A stretch of 57,758 nt of DNA from an uncultured Parcubacteria group bacterium (GTDB lineage Bacteria > Patescibacteriota > Minisyncoccia > UBA6257 > 2-01-FULL-56-20). Every line of letters begins with the position of its first letter. Within the stretch, counting starts at the first letter, position 1. Below the pieces are notes generated by a model. That model was not told where the DNA came from and did no database searches. It was given only the letters and a program-made list of their open reading frames with translations. Below, piece by piece: positions 29,814 through 39,391 of this stretch. The stretch lies in NCBI GenBank assembly GCA_903911245.1, contig CAIWCR010000028.1, forward strand, positions 1-57,758, read 5' to 3'. Both the position numbers and the translations under genes were made by a program.

Positions 29814-32084
29814 TTATTGTGCCGTTACTCGACATACTGCCGATTCACTATCGGTCGATTCACTAACGAAAACATTGTATGTTCCTGCGGTATCATACGT
29901 TCCAGAAAAGGTGGAGCCTATCGAAGCTGCTGAAACGGCACTTGGTGCATTCCATCTATAGGTTGGAGCGTTACCACTTGAATCATATGTTCCGCCACCT
30001 GCAGAAAGGTTAAACGGTGCTCCAATCGAAACTGTTTGCGAAGAAGGAGAACAGGCAAGTGGGCCTACAACAACGATCTGACAACTCGAAGTCGTATCGT
30101 TTATTGATTCACCAACAACGACATTATATGTTCCGGCATTGCTAAAGCTCGTGTTGAAGGCGCTCCCCTTGGAGGTGGTGATATCTGCTCCTGGTGCGCT
30201 CCATGTATAAACCGGAGAGTTTCCCATCCCGTCATACGGGCCGCCGTCAACCATGAAGCCCACCAATGTCCCAATAGTAGTGTTTGATGAAAGAGTAGAG
30301 CATGATAGTGGGGTCACGGGAAGCGTATTTGCTTCGGTGGATTGAGTGATTCCCGAAAGGCCGCTGTCGCCATTTCCATTTAGGGCGTTGTTGATTGATT
30401 GTGTGGCAGAGTCTGCAAGCTTGCTTAAAAGTGATTCTGCAAGAGCGACCGCAAGCCCCTCGATACCTTGTGCGTTTATGGTCAAGTCGAGCGGGCTTTT
30501 TATGGTGTTCGAAAGTGCATCCGACACTGTCTTTCCGGGAGTTGTTACGATCGGATCGCTTCCATTAGCGCATTTTCCTCCATTGGGCGTGAGAACAGCG
30601 GATCCGGTGCTCCAGCTATAATGAGATCCATTTTTGGGATCGCTCTTGTCGGCACATATTCCCGGGGGGATAAATCCATTTCCTGAAACTGCCTCGTTTT
30701 GTTTTGCCTTTTCTGCTGCGTCTGCCGCTAGTCTTGATTTGTCAAACCCGCTGAAAAATTGGATATGAATATCGTTGAAAAGATAATTTACATATGATCC
30801 CCAGCCGCCTCCCGCCTGAATGCTTTGGGAAAGCCCTTGTATGCTTGATTGGCTTACGGTACAGGTTTGAAACCCGTTCGATTGTGTTGATGGAGCGTTT
30901 ATCCTGAGTGCGCCACTAAGAATGGGTCCATAGGATGGACATACGCCAGTAGATACCATATTGTCGAGCGCAGCATTCCCCGCTGCGGTATAAATGTTTA
31001 CAAAAGTACTTACCCAATTGGTTATGAACTGCGGAGCTCCGCTTCCTTGTACCCACGCAAGTACTTTATTCTGTATGAATCGTATGAGCGTATTTTTCAC
31101 GAGTTGAAGGGCGAGCCTCATGGCAAAGTCCTTAAGCTGATTGAGGATAACTCCAACATCAATTACGGGGAGACTTGCATAGGTTGTCTTTATTCCCAAG
31201 AGACTTCCTATGACAGCAAATCCTTTTGGAGTAGATTCGAATTGTGTGTTTTTGAAGGAGACGGCGTTATTTTGCATCGCTTTCTGGAGCTCGCTCTGAA
31301 AAGTCTGCACGGCGAGATTGGTTTCTTTATCCTTCGATCGGAGAATAAGCGAGGCTTTTACTGGATCTTGTGTCGCAACACTTGCCGTTTGGGCAGTATT
31401 CTTTTCGTATACCAAAAGCTTGACGAGGCTTTTCTGGAAGCTGACAAGCGAAGCTGGTACGGTAAGGCGTGTAATATCATTCAGTGAATCAATGATCGAT
31501 GGAGTGACCGCTCCCATGATGGATGGATCGAGATCGGAAGATCCTTTATTAGCGTTGATTGCGGCTTGGGCAATCGCATCTTTGATGCCGTTTTTTACAA
31601 AATTTTTATTAAGGGAATCATTTACGGCGCCAACATAGGTCGTGATATCCTGCTGTGAATAAGTCTTTGTAATATTAACGGTGATTTTATTGGCCTCAAG
31701 ATTCCAATCAGGGGCCTTGAAGTTTTTGAAAGCATCGGCATTTGAAAGCGCGGCGATCATCTGTGCCTGATTGGGTTGAGACATAACTTGGTTTCCGTTT
31801 GCATCGGTAGTGGGCCCTTGGGGATTTGCATTCATGATGCCGTTCAACATGGTATCAGTAAGGGCGCCAGTGAGATTATTGGGATCGTTCGTTATTTCAG
31901 GGGTTAGATTGGCGCCGGTTTGTTGCGCGAGAAAAGCATTGTTTCCAACGGGCGAAGGATTGGTATTTTCCGCGATATTGCTCTCCGTTTTTTGATTTGC
32001 AAGAGACGAAAAAATCAAGACCGAAGCAGTCGCTCCAATCGCCAAAATTAAAAATCCGGCAATCAGTTTTTTAACATCAAGCAT
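29814..32084 (-). CDS. Large membrane-anchored surface protein with two C-terminal PKD/Ig-like repeats
   Basis: The start is set at ATG 32084 (MLDVKKLIAGFLILAIG, a TM helix). Repeats: YTWSAPGADITTSKGSAFNTSFSNAGTYNVVVGES and YRWNAPSAVSAASIGSTFSGTYDTAGTYNVFVSES. Confidence 0.6.
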   Translation of the reverse strand: MLDVKKLIAGFLILAIGATASVLIFSSLANQKTESNIAENTNPSPVGNNAFLAQQTGANLTPEITNDPNNLTGALTDTMLNGIMNANPQGPTTDANGNQVMSQPNQAQMIAALSNADAFKNFKAPDWNLEANKITVNITKTYSQQDITTYVGAVNDSLNKNFVKNGIKDAIAQAAINANKGSSDLDPSIMGAVTPSIIDSLNDITRLTVPASLVSFQKSLVKLLVYEKNTAQTASVATQDPVKASLILRSKDKETNLAVQTFQSELQKAMQNNAVSFKNTQFESTPKGFAVIGSLLGIKTTYASLPVIDVGVILNQLKDFAMRLALQLVKNTLIRFIQNKVLAWVQGSGAPQFITNWVSTFVNIYTAAGNAALDNMVSTGVCPSYGPILSGALRINAPSTQSNGFQTCTVSQSSIQGLSQSIQAGGGWGSYVNYLFNDIHIQFFSGFDKSRLAADAAEKAKQNEAVSGNGFIPPGICADKSDPKNGSHYSWSTGSAVLTPNGGKCANGSDPIVTTPGKTVSDALSNTIKSPLDLTINAQGIEGLAVALAESLLSKLADSATQSINNALNGNGDSGLSGITQSTEANTLPVTPLSCSTLSSNTTIGTLVGFMVDGGPYDGMGNSPVYTWSAPGADITTSKGSAFNTSFSNAGTYNVVVGESINDTTSSCQIVVVGPLACSPSSQTVSIGAPFNLSAGGGTYDSSGNAPTYRWNAPSAVSAASIGSTFSGTYDTAGTYNVFVSESTDSESAVCRVTAQ

Positions 32085-32182
32085 TTCATTAAATATACTC
32101 CATTCAAATGAATATGGGTAACGCGATTTATCCACAAAGGCATTTGTGGATAATAAAAAGGAGAAGGGAGTCGCGGACAGGG

Positions 32183-32989
32183 CTATGAGACTTTAAAAAA
32201 TTCCCTTGCAATGAGAATAATATCTTCTACAGAAAGATTCTGGGGACGATGCTGTGGATTGATTTTTATCTTTTCAAGAACAGTGACAATTTTCTTTTTT
32301 TTGTGCTCGCTATCCCCTTCCATAATTATGTTTTCATATACATTATTAAGAATTGTTTTTCGCGGTTGAGAAAATAGCGCTCGCACAGCGGCATAATAAT
32401 ATTCCATGTTACATGCTGGACGATTGTCTTTCTTTACAAGGAGAATAACCGCTGAATCAATTTTTGGCATTGGAGAAAAATCTTCTTTTGGTACGTTTAT
32501 AATGATGGTTGGCTTTGCCCAAAATTGAACACTTGCGGCAAGGCGGTTCATCTTTGGCGGTTGCATGGTAATTCGTTCGGCAACTTCTTTTTGGATCATA
32601 AGGACGGTGCGTTCCGGTTTGTTATTGAGTTCGCTTATGACACGGAGAAGATATCCTGTTATGTAATAAGGAATATTTCCGACGACTTTATATTTTGACT
32701 CTTTTTGTTCCTCTATTAATAGAGGAAGCTTTATGAGCGCGTCACCAAAAACGATTTCGATTTCTCCATTGTTCTCGAATTGGTTTTTTAATGCCTCATA
32801 TAGTTTCTCGTCTTTTTCAATAGAAATAACTTTGAGATTTCCGGTTTCTATTTTCAGCTTTTCGGTAAGCTCGCCATGACCCGGTCCGATTTCAAAAACA
32901 ACGTCACCGTCCTGGAGCGCGACCGAGTCTATTATTTTTTCTGCCACCCTTTTATTTTTTAGGAAATGTTGACCAAGTTTTTGTGTCAT
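32183..32989 (-). CDS. rsmA: 16S rRNA (adenine1518/1519-N6)-dimethyltransferase
   Basis: LGQHFLKNKRVAEKIIDSV, SAM motif VFEIGPGHGELT, NIPYYIT. Confidence 0.9.
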   Translation of the reverse strand: MTQKLGQHFLKNKRVAEKIIDSVALQDGDVVFEIGPGHGELTEKLKIETGNLKVISIEKDEKLYEALKNQFENNGEIEIVFGDALIKLPLLIEEQKESKYKVVGNIPYYITGYLLRVISELNNKPERTVLMIQKEVAERITMQPPKMNRLAASVQFWAKPTIIINVPKEDFSPMPKIDSAVILLVKKDNRPACNMEYYYAAVRALFSQPRKTILNNVYENIIMEGDSEHKKKKIVTVLEKIKINPQHRPQNLSVEDIILIAREFFKVS

Positions 32990-34936
32990 TTAATATGTAA
33001 TATAATCTTCTTCCTCATAATCGTCATCTATGTCATTTGAGGAGCTATTATTATTCCACGCCTTGTTTTGAAAAACCATATACTTTTCGGGTATTTCTCC
33101 AATGAATCGTGAAGGAGTTCCATGGAAGCTTATCGCGAGATCTTTTCGTGCGCGTGTCATGGCAACATACATGAGTCGCCGCTCTTCTTCAAGCGAGCGC
33201 TCATCACCGAGCGATCGGCCATGCGGAAGAATCCCTTCTGACGCTCCGATAATAAAAACGGAGTCGAACTCAAGTCCTTTTGCAAGATGGATCGTAAGAA
33301 GGCTCACTGCCGCGCCCAATACTTCATTTTGTTTCGTAGTAATTCTTCCTTTATTATTCTCATCATCGACCGCTTGAAGAAGGCTTACCTTTTCGAGAAG
33401 CTCGCTTAAGCTTTCAAATTCTGAAGCGAATGCGATGAGTTCGGCGATATTCCCCTCTCGTTCTTCGGCGTTTGTAAAATTTTCTTCGAGGTAGTCAAAG
33501 TAGTGATACGTTTCCAAAAAGATTTCAATGATTTCTTGCGGAGAAGTGACGATTTTCCCCTTGAAGAGATCTCTGAATTCGGAAAATTTCTTTTTTGAAA
33601 GATTTTTTTCGAGCCGTTCTTTACTTGGTTCGTCGGACGGGTTTGAAACCCATCGCAATGCTGCGACAACATCTTTTACTTCGCGGCGTTCATAGAATTT
33701 TAATCCGCCTAATATCTGATAACGGATATTGTTTCGTATAAGCGCTTGCTCGATTGCGCGCGACTGGGCATTGGTGCGGTATAGGACGGCAATACTTTCG
33801 TTATTAGATTGGTTTTTCAGTTTTTGTATTTCTCTTGCCACCCATTCTGCTTCTTCGTTTTCGCCCCATGCCTCAAATAACTTTATGGCATCGCCAGGCT
33901 TATTTTTGGTCCATAATGTTTTGGGAGCCCTGAAGCGATTATTTTTTACGACACTCCCTGCGGCATTGATGATATTTCCGGTTGACCGATAATTTTCTTC
34001 AAGAAAGAAAACCTGCGCGCCCGGCCAATGTTTTTCGAAATTGAGAAAGAGACCAATGTCAGCATAGCGCCAGCTATAAATAGTTTGCTCGTCGTCCCCT
34101 ACCACGCTCACGTTTCTATGTTTTCCAGCGAGGAGCTGTATGAGTTCATATTGCCGTGGATTGATGTCTTGATATTCATCGACAAGAATGGCATCAAAGC
34201 GATTTTGATATTTTTCGAGAATATCGGGATACGACTTCATTGCTGCCACCGTTTTTTCGATGAGATCATCGAAGTCGAACGCATTGTTTTCGATGAGCGC
34301 TGATTCGTATCTTTGAAAAACTCTTTGCGTCGTCATGGTTTTCTCATCAGACACTTCAAGTGATTGATCGAATCCCCTCATGTTTTTTATCTTCGAAATT
34401 CCCTGTGCAAATATGACTGGCGTTTCCTTTTCTTTTTTTCTTTCTTCTTTGCTTGCCTCGCTTTTTGGAAGAATAGCCTTGACTGCTTTTTTTACCAAGC
34501 TGAAAGAATCGTGATCGTCAAAGATGGTGAAATTCGGTTTTCTCTCGAGCGCCCGGCATTCCTCCCGTAGGATTCGTGCGCCAAGCGAATGGAACGTTCC
34601 GATGAAAGGACCTTTTGATTTACTGAGGGAGTCCCCGTTTTTTGATTCGATGAGTAGCTGGGCACGGTCAGCCATTTCTTTTGCCGCCTTATTGGTGAAG
34701 GTTATCGCACAAATTTTCCATGGTGGGATACCGCTCTCTATTAAATACGCAATTCGGCCTATGAGTGTCTTTGTTTTTCCCGTGCCAGCGCCGGCAACAA
34801 TAAGAAGCGGCCCAAAAGACGCCTCGGCCGCACGTTTTTGTTCGGTATTGAGTGGAAATTGTAACTGTTCACCTTTTTCTTTTTTTTGAAACAAGGGCGC
34901 TCTGTCTTTCTCCCCTGTTGAAATCTTTTTTGTCAT
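32990..34936 (-). CDS. UvrD/PcrA-family superfamily 1A DNA helicase
   Basis: Walker A AGAGTGKTKTL, motif II ILVDEYQD, motifs V/VI LLTIHLAKGLEF and YVAMTRAR. 648 aa. Confidence 0.9.
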   Translation of the reverse strand: MTKKISTGEKDRAPLFQKKEKGEQLQFPLNTEQKRAAEASFGPLLIVAGAGTGKTKTLIGRIAYLIESGIPPWKICAITFTNKAAKEMADRAQLLIESKNGDSLSKSKGPFIGTFHSLGARILREECRALERKPNFTIFDDHDSFSLVKKAVKAILPKSEASKEERKKEKETPVIFAQGISKIKNMRGFDQSLEVSDEKTMTTQRVFQRYESALIENNAFDFDDLIEKTVAAMKSYPDILEKYQNRFDAILVDEYQDINPRQYELIQLLAGKHRNVSVVGDDEQTIYSWRYADIGLFLNFEKHWPGAQVFFLEENYRSTGNIINAAGSVVKNNRFRAPKTLWTKNKPGDAIKLFEAWGENEEAEWVAREIQKLKNQSNNESIAVLYRTNAQSRAIEQALIRNNIRYQILGGLKFYERREVKDVVAALRWVSNPSDEPSKERLEKNLSKKKFSEFRDLFKGKIVTSPQEIIEIFLETYHYFDYLEENFTNAEEREGNIAELIAFASEFESLSELLEKVSLLQAVDDENNKGRITTKQNEVLGAAVSLLTIHLAKGLEFDSVFIIGASEGILPHGRSLGDERSLEEERRLMYVAMTRARKDLAISFHGTPSRFIGEIPEKYMVFQNKAWNNNSSSNDIDDDYEEEDYITY

Positions 34937-35404
34937 TATGCTATAATAGCACTATTACTATTTTCTTAGGAAAACTCAAGAGGGATTACCTGTCATTGGG
35001 AGTGACACTTTTTTTTGTGGCAGTCTCATTCTTTGCTTTTTTACCTACCTCCAATATTGGATTGATTAAGGAGGATGGAAGTCTTCGGATTGCAAAAGCA
35101 GGCTCCGCAATCGCCCCGACGACTTCAGAAAGTGCATCACTCAGTGCTTCGTCGTGTCTATTCTCATCTGGGACAATACAAGAAGTAGGAGTTGCGTTAT
35201 CCTCGCCTGAGTTTTTGTCACTAGGAGAATTAAAAGATCCCGGCATTCTTATGGGCACGACATCAAGTCGGCCATCGGCAATTATTTCTGAGGCGTCAGG
35301 AATTGGTCATGAGTCGGGGCTTGCGTCTTCCTTATCTCTCAATGCCTGGTGGTAGCACTTCCTTTTCCTTTCTGTAAAGTTTACCCCGATAAAGATCGGG
35401 TTTT

Positions 35405-36277
35405 TTATACGTCTTCTCGTATTCGATAGCTAAATGCTTCGGCGAGATGTTCTGCGGCTACTGTCTCTTTTTTATCGAGGTCTGCGATGGTGCGTGCCAC
35501 TTTAAGGATTCGATAATAACTTCGCGGGGAAAGCCACCCCTTTTCAAAATTTTCAAGAAATTTTTCAGCATCAGCCTCGAGGTTTATAAGCTGTTCCGTT
35601 TCGCGCGAACCCATTTCTGAGTTTGTTTCTATTTTTATGTTTTGACTATCAAATCGTTTACGTTGGGTTTCTCTTGTTGATGCCACCCTCTCTCTAATAG
35701 AAAGATTTACCGACTCAGGGCAGCCCCCTTTTCGCAGTTCGTCTATTTTGACGCCACCGACTTTTATCTGGATATCGATACGATCAAGAAGCGGTCCGGA
35801 AATTTTCTTTTGATATTTAATTACTTCATAGGCAGAGCACGTACATGGATGTTCGGAATTGCCATAATATCCGCATGGACATGGATTCATTGCCGCGATA
35901 AGTGTAAATTTTGCCGGAAACAGTAAACTGCGTTTTGTTCTTGCAACATGAACCATTCCTGATTCCATTGGTTGACGAAGTGCTTCCAGTGCGTTTTTTT
36001 GAAATTCGGGGAGCTCGTCAAGAAAAAGAATGCCACGATGAGAGAGGCTGATTTCTCCGGGCTTTGGATCTTGTCCTCCTCCAATGAGCGCTGCGACGGA
36101 TGTTGTCTGATGCGGCGATCTGAATGGGCGTCTGCGAATGAGACCGTGAGAGCCAAGGCCGGCAGCGCTCCATATTTTTGTAACCTCGATCGCTTCGTTT
36201 ATTGTAAGATCGGGCAAAATTCCACCAAGCGCCTGAGCAAGAAAACTTTTTCCTACACCGGGAGGTCCTATCATCAG
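35405..36277 (-). pseudogene. comM: comM/yifB 3' portion (290 codons from Walker A to stop), separated from its 5' portion by the inserted element
   Basis: Reads (L)MIGPPGVGKSFLAQALGGILP...ILFLDELPEF...LIAAMNPCPCGYYG...AEHLAEAFSYRIREDV*, the Mg-chelatase-like AAA+ ComM C-terminal two thirds. It has no native start codon or N-terminal domain. Confidence 0.9.
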
Positions 36278-36298
36278 GGCGTTGGGGTCGCTATTCAA
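36259..36298. other. attL junction (host half-site + AG + element half-site)
   Basis: CGGGAGGTCCTATCATC-AG-GGCGTTGGGGTCGCTATTCAA, with AG at 36276..36277. The element-side arm 36281..36298 is the inverted repeat of 52890..52907. Confidence 0.7.
36281..36298. repeat. Left terminal inverted repeat (attP half-site P')
   Basis: GTTGGGGTCGCTATTCAA. Its reverse complement TTGAATAGCGACCCCAAC matches 52890..52907 (TTAAATAGCGACCCCAAC) at 17/18. Confidence 0.85.
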
Positions 36299-36434
36299 CC
36301 ACCAATAAGGCGTATTCCCAATGTGGATAAGTTATTTGTCAGAAGAGTGTATACTTATAATAATCCCGCATGGGAGGGGGATGTCCCGTTAGGGCATCGC
36401 AAAAGAATCAGCGAAGGCTGGTTCTTTTGTTTTT

Positions 36435-37220
36435 CTATCCAATCAACTTTTTACCAAATCCCTTTACCGCACCTTCGGCCGAACACCGATATTTGCTTTG
36501 GATATTATCCACGACGGTTTTTAAAAAGTTTTCTCGCAACGCTGGAAATCTGCCATAAGATTGAAGAATGTCTAGTTTGGTCGCTAGAGTTAATAAATCT
36601 GCAAATTCCAATCCCGCTATCATTTTCTCCTTCCCTTTAATTTTTAGTTCTTTAGAAGTTAAGAATTTTTGAATGTTGTATGGATGACGATAATAAGTGC
36701 CGGACTCATAAAAGTTTTTATAGGCTTCTTTAAGAGCTAAATCTTCTCGTTCCCCCCTCGTTTCGGCAATAACATCTCCAATCGCATTGTTTTCTTCAAG
36801 GCAAAAGGTGTATCTCTCTAAGAGAATATTGAGACAATAATGATAAGGGTGATAAGCTGTCTGTTGATGTTTTTCTGCATGAGTTTTTTTATCCAATACA
36901 ATGGCGCATATTGTGTAATCTAAATCCTTAAACAAACTGATAAAGGATTTGTTAAACTCCCTTTTAACCTCATCGTTGTTCAACTTTGTAAATACTCCTC
37001 GCTGGTTTACTATATCGTCTCGGTGGAGAACGGGCAGCTCATCTGAGTCGTCGGCAATCAATCGCTTAATTTTTATCAAAGTAGGCTGCAGCATCTCAGC
37101 GTTTGTTTTCTCGCTGATAATAACCCCAGTCAGGCCGAGATATCTACGGGCAGGATCATCCGACAACGAATAATTATGCGTTCCCGATTCATCTATGTAG
37201 AGTCTAAATTTTTTTGGCAT
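36435..37220 (-). CDS. DUF3800-family protein
   Basis: 261 aa. N-terminal FRLYIDESGTH is the DUF3800 hallmark (IDESG). Confidence 0.7.
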   Translation of the reverse strand: MPKKFRLYIDESGTHNYSLSDDPARRYLGLTGVIISEKTNAEMLQPTLIKIKRLIADDSDELPVLHRDDIVNQRGVFTKLNNDEVKREFNKSFISLFKDLDYTICAIVLDKKTHAEKHQQTAYHPYHYCLNILLERYTFCLEENNAIGDVIAETRGEREDLALKEAYKNFYESGTYYRHPYNIQKFLTSKELKIKGKEKMIAGLEFADLLTLATKLDILQSYGRFPALRENFLKTVVDNIQSKYRCSAEGAVKGFGKKLIG

Positions 37221-37321
37221 TTCAGGATAGGCAAATTTGGGGTGGTAAATTCATTCTTATTAAGAATGAAAGACCAGCGCACAAGTTCACTGGTCTTTCG
37301 TGTTTGCAAAAAACTAACTCG

Positions 37322-37615
37322 CTACGCGCGACACTCTGGGAGTGTCAGCAGATTATCGCGCCTTGTGGAATCGGGAATCGTTCTTACGAATTTCTTTCCG
37401 CCACGCAGGAATGTTTCGAGGTATGCTTTTCGTCTTCCATCAGGAGTCTGAACATAAGCCACTCCACCACGGTCAATAAAGATGACCATCTGCAATAGAG
37501 TATACTTACCATTCAAGGACGTGGAATCCTCAATCCATCCAAACGAGGAAATTGCCTCGTGCGGATTTTCGTGATAACCATGATCCTTATTAATACACAC
37601 AATTCTTAATACCAT
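37322..37615 (-). CDS. DUF3892-domain protein
   Basis: 97 aa with IVCINKDHGYHENPHEAI...KFVRTIPDSTRRDNLLTLPEC. This matches the family pattern (CINKD ... PHE ... YLRT.PD...NNLL.LPEC). Confidence 0.65.
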   Translation of the reverse strand: MVLRIVCINKDHGYHENPHEAISSFGWIEDSTSLNGKYTLLQMVIFIDRGGVAYVQTPDGRRKAYLETFLRGGKKFVRTIPDSTRRDNLLTLPECRA

Positions 37616-37766
37616 TTTTTGGATTTGCGAATTAGCCCATACGAGTTATACTGATTATAGCCCGTATGGGTCGTGGGATATCGGGCGACCGATTAACGAT
37701 GGGACACCGATTTTTCCACTATTGTTTTTTTCAAGAGGTCTGGATTTACGTCCGGACCTTTTGAGT

Positions 37767-38135
37767 TCAAGTCTTTGCAATAAGTTTAATCACAAACAAC
37801 TTGCCAAAATTTGGATCCTCAATCTCCTCGGGAGAATATCTTCCCGCGTATTTTTGAGGATCAATAGAATATGAGGCGAGGAACGACCTCGCCGAAAAAT
37901 ATGCTCCCTTTTCGTCGGGGCGTTTTTTTAGTTTGAACATTCCCTCGCTTTCTTTTTCCACTAGCTTTATCCCTATTACTTGAGCTTCTTTATCAAAATA
38001 AAGCTCTACTCCCATATAATTGTCCAATTTATAGCGATGATGCATTCCAGAAGACAGCCCCAATCCCCCACTCCTGTTTATCGTCACTTGTGGCGTAAAT
38101 TTCCCTTTTTTCGCAATAAATTTCTCAAAATTCAT
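37767..38135 (-). CDS. Hypothetical protein
   Basis: 122 aa on the same strand as its neighbours, with no recognisable motif. Confidence 0.45.
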   Translation of the reverse strand: MNFEKFIAKKGKFTPQVTINRSGGLGLSSGMHHRYKLDNYMGVELYFDKEAQVIGIKLVEKESEGMFKLKKRPDEKGAYFSARSFLASYSIDPQKYAGRYSPEEIEDPNFGKLFVIKLIAKT

Positions 38136-38441
38136 ATATTTTTTAATATTATTTTTGTTTCGACTCCTATATTATAGATTAGTTTTTTATAAAATGCAAG
38201 CTCTAGTTTCTTTAAAAAACCGCGCATGACTCACTGGCGTACCCTATAATTGCGCCATTCTTATAACTATAACGTACAAATAAATCCAAACGTTACGTTC
38301 GGTTTTATAATTTAAAACGCTAAAAGTCTATTGAATGTCATGGTTTCAATTAGACAGCCTATTATCACCGCTTCATTCTTAATTTCCCTACTTTTGAAAA
38401 ATGTGGGAAGAATATTTTGAATGAGACGCGAAGTGATATTT

Positions 38442-38846
38442 TTATTGTCGTAGAAAAGAAATTATTTTTTCTAATGTCATCACATTCTTTCCCTGAAGTT
38501 GACGCTCCCATACCCTAAGAACGAGCCATCCTTGTCTTCTAAGTTCTGCGCGATTTCTCCTATCCCTATTGATATTGCTCTGTATTTTTATTCGCCAGAA
38601 TTTTGGGAGTCGATCACGGTGTCGGGAAAATTGATGACCATGCCAAAAATCGCTGGCAATAAAGATGGCACGTTTCCTTTTTGGTAGTGCGACATCAGGA
38701 CTCCCTGCTGCTTTCTTGTAATGTTTTTGAAAATATATTTTATTTGAACGCAGGGCTGAAAATACCAAATTTTCTATCTTGGTGTTTTTGGGACGGATAC
38801 GAGATATTATCTCGCTCCGCTTTTCTTTTGAAAATATGTCAGCCAT
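38442..38846 (-). CDS. vsr: Very-short-patch repair endonuclease (Vsr)
   Basis: MADIFSKEKRSEIISRIRPKNTKIE...GSPDVALPKRKRAIFIASDFWHGH...FWRIKIQSNINRDRRNRAELRRQGWLVLRVWE aligns by eye along the whole of E. coli Vsr. Confidence 0.88.
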   Translation of the reverse strand: MADIFSKEKRSEIISRIRPKNTKIENLVFSALRSNKIYFQKHYKKAAGSPDVALPKRKRAIFIASDFWHGHQFSRHRDRLPKFWRIKIQSNINRDRRNRAELRRQGWLVLRVWERQLQGKNVMTLEKIISFLRQ

Positions 38847-38862
38847 TTATAAATCAATCGCG

Positions 38863-39372
38863 CTAATAGCCCACAATCATAATCCCCGCCAGTGGTAAAT
38901 TCCACCTATCCGAGGCGTAAAGGGTGTTAAAGAAGTTTACAACCGCATTGAAATTGTCGTGACTGCGGTAGTCGTTTCTTACACAGATAATCAGATAATC
39001 AATGTCATGCATTACACATGCCTGAAACAAATCTTTGAGGAATTGATAATTTGTGACACCTCTTCCGGCCTCGACTTCGATGACGGTTTTTGAATTTTTA
39101 TTCCACCCGTCAGCATCGAAAGACTTTTCTATTCTGCCGTTTTGTCCGAACAAAACAGGGATACTTATTTTTTGATTTTTACTCTTACCGGATTCCACTT
39201 CAAATCCAATCTTTTCTAAGTCTTTTTTTAGAATCCCGAGTACGGTGTTGCTGTTGAATTTGTGCGCTGGCGAAGAAATTTTAGAATCATTCGGTACAAA
39301 GACGTCATCAATGATTTTCCTCAGGTGAATTGGCGCTTCTTTTGATTTTGGATAAAATTGCCATTTGGTCAT
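38863..39372 (-). CDS. PD-(D/E)XK restriction-endonuclease-like protein (BamHI-type D...E-x-E signature)
   Basis: FDADGW...TVIEVEAGRGVTNYQFLKDLFQACVMHDIDYLIICV. The start is set at ATG 39372 (MTKWQFY), 19 nt after the upstream stop. Confidence 0.5.
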   Translation of the reverse strand: MTKWQFYPKSKEAPIHLRKIIDDVFVPNDSKISSPAHKFNSNTVLGILKKDLEKIGFEVESGKSKNQKISIPVLFGQNGRIEKSFDADGWNKNSKTVIEVEAGRGVTNYQFLKDLFQACVMHDIDYLIICVRNDYRSHDNFNAVVNFFNTLYASDRWNLPLAGIMIVGY

Positions 39373-39391
39373 TGTAGAAAGATGGTGAAAT

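Noticed and set aside
34852-35355. Mutually antisense ORFs (167 aa plus strand, 90 aa minus strand) in the uvrD-comM gap
   Set aside because: Neither has a recognisable motif or a convincing start. The plus ORF begins inside uvrD antisense sequence. I cannot decide whether either is real, so neither is called.
36280-36283. Alternative crossover at the 4-nt identity CGTT (36280..36283 / 52915..52918)
   Set aside because: It also restores an intact ORF (GGHNALMIGPPG). However, it lies off-centre relative to the dyad axes of both reconstructed sites, whereas AG sits exactly at both centres. It is not formally excluded.
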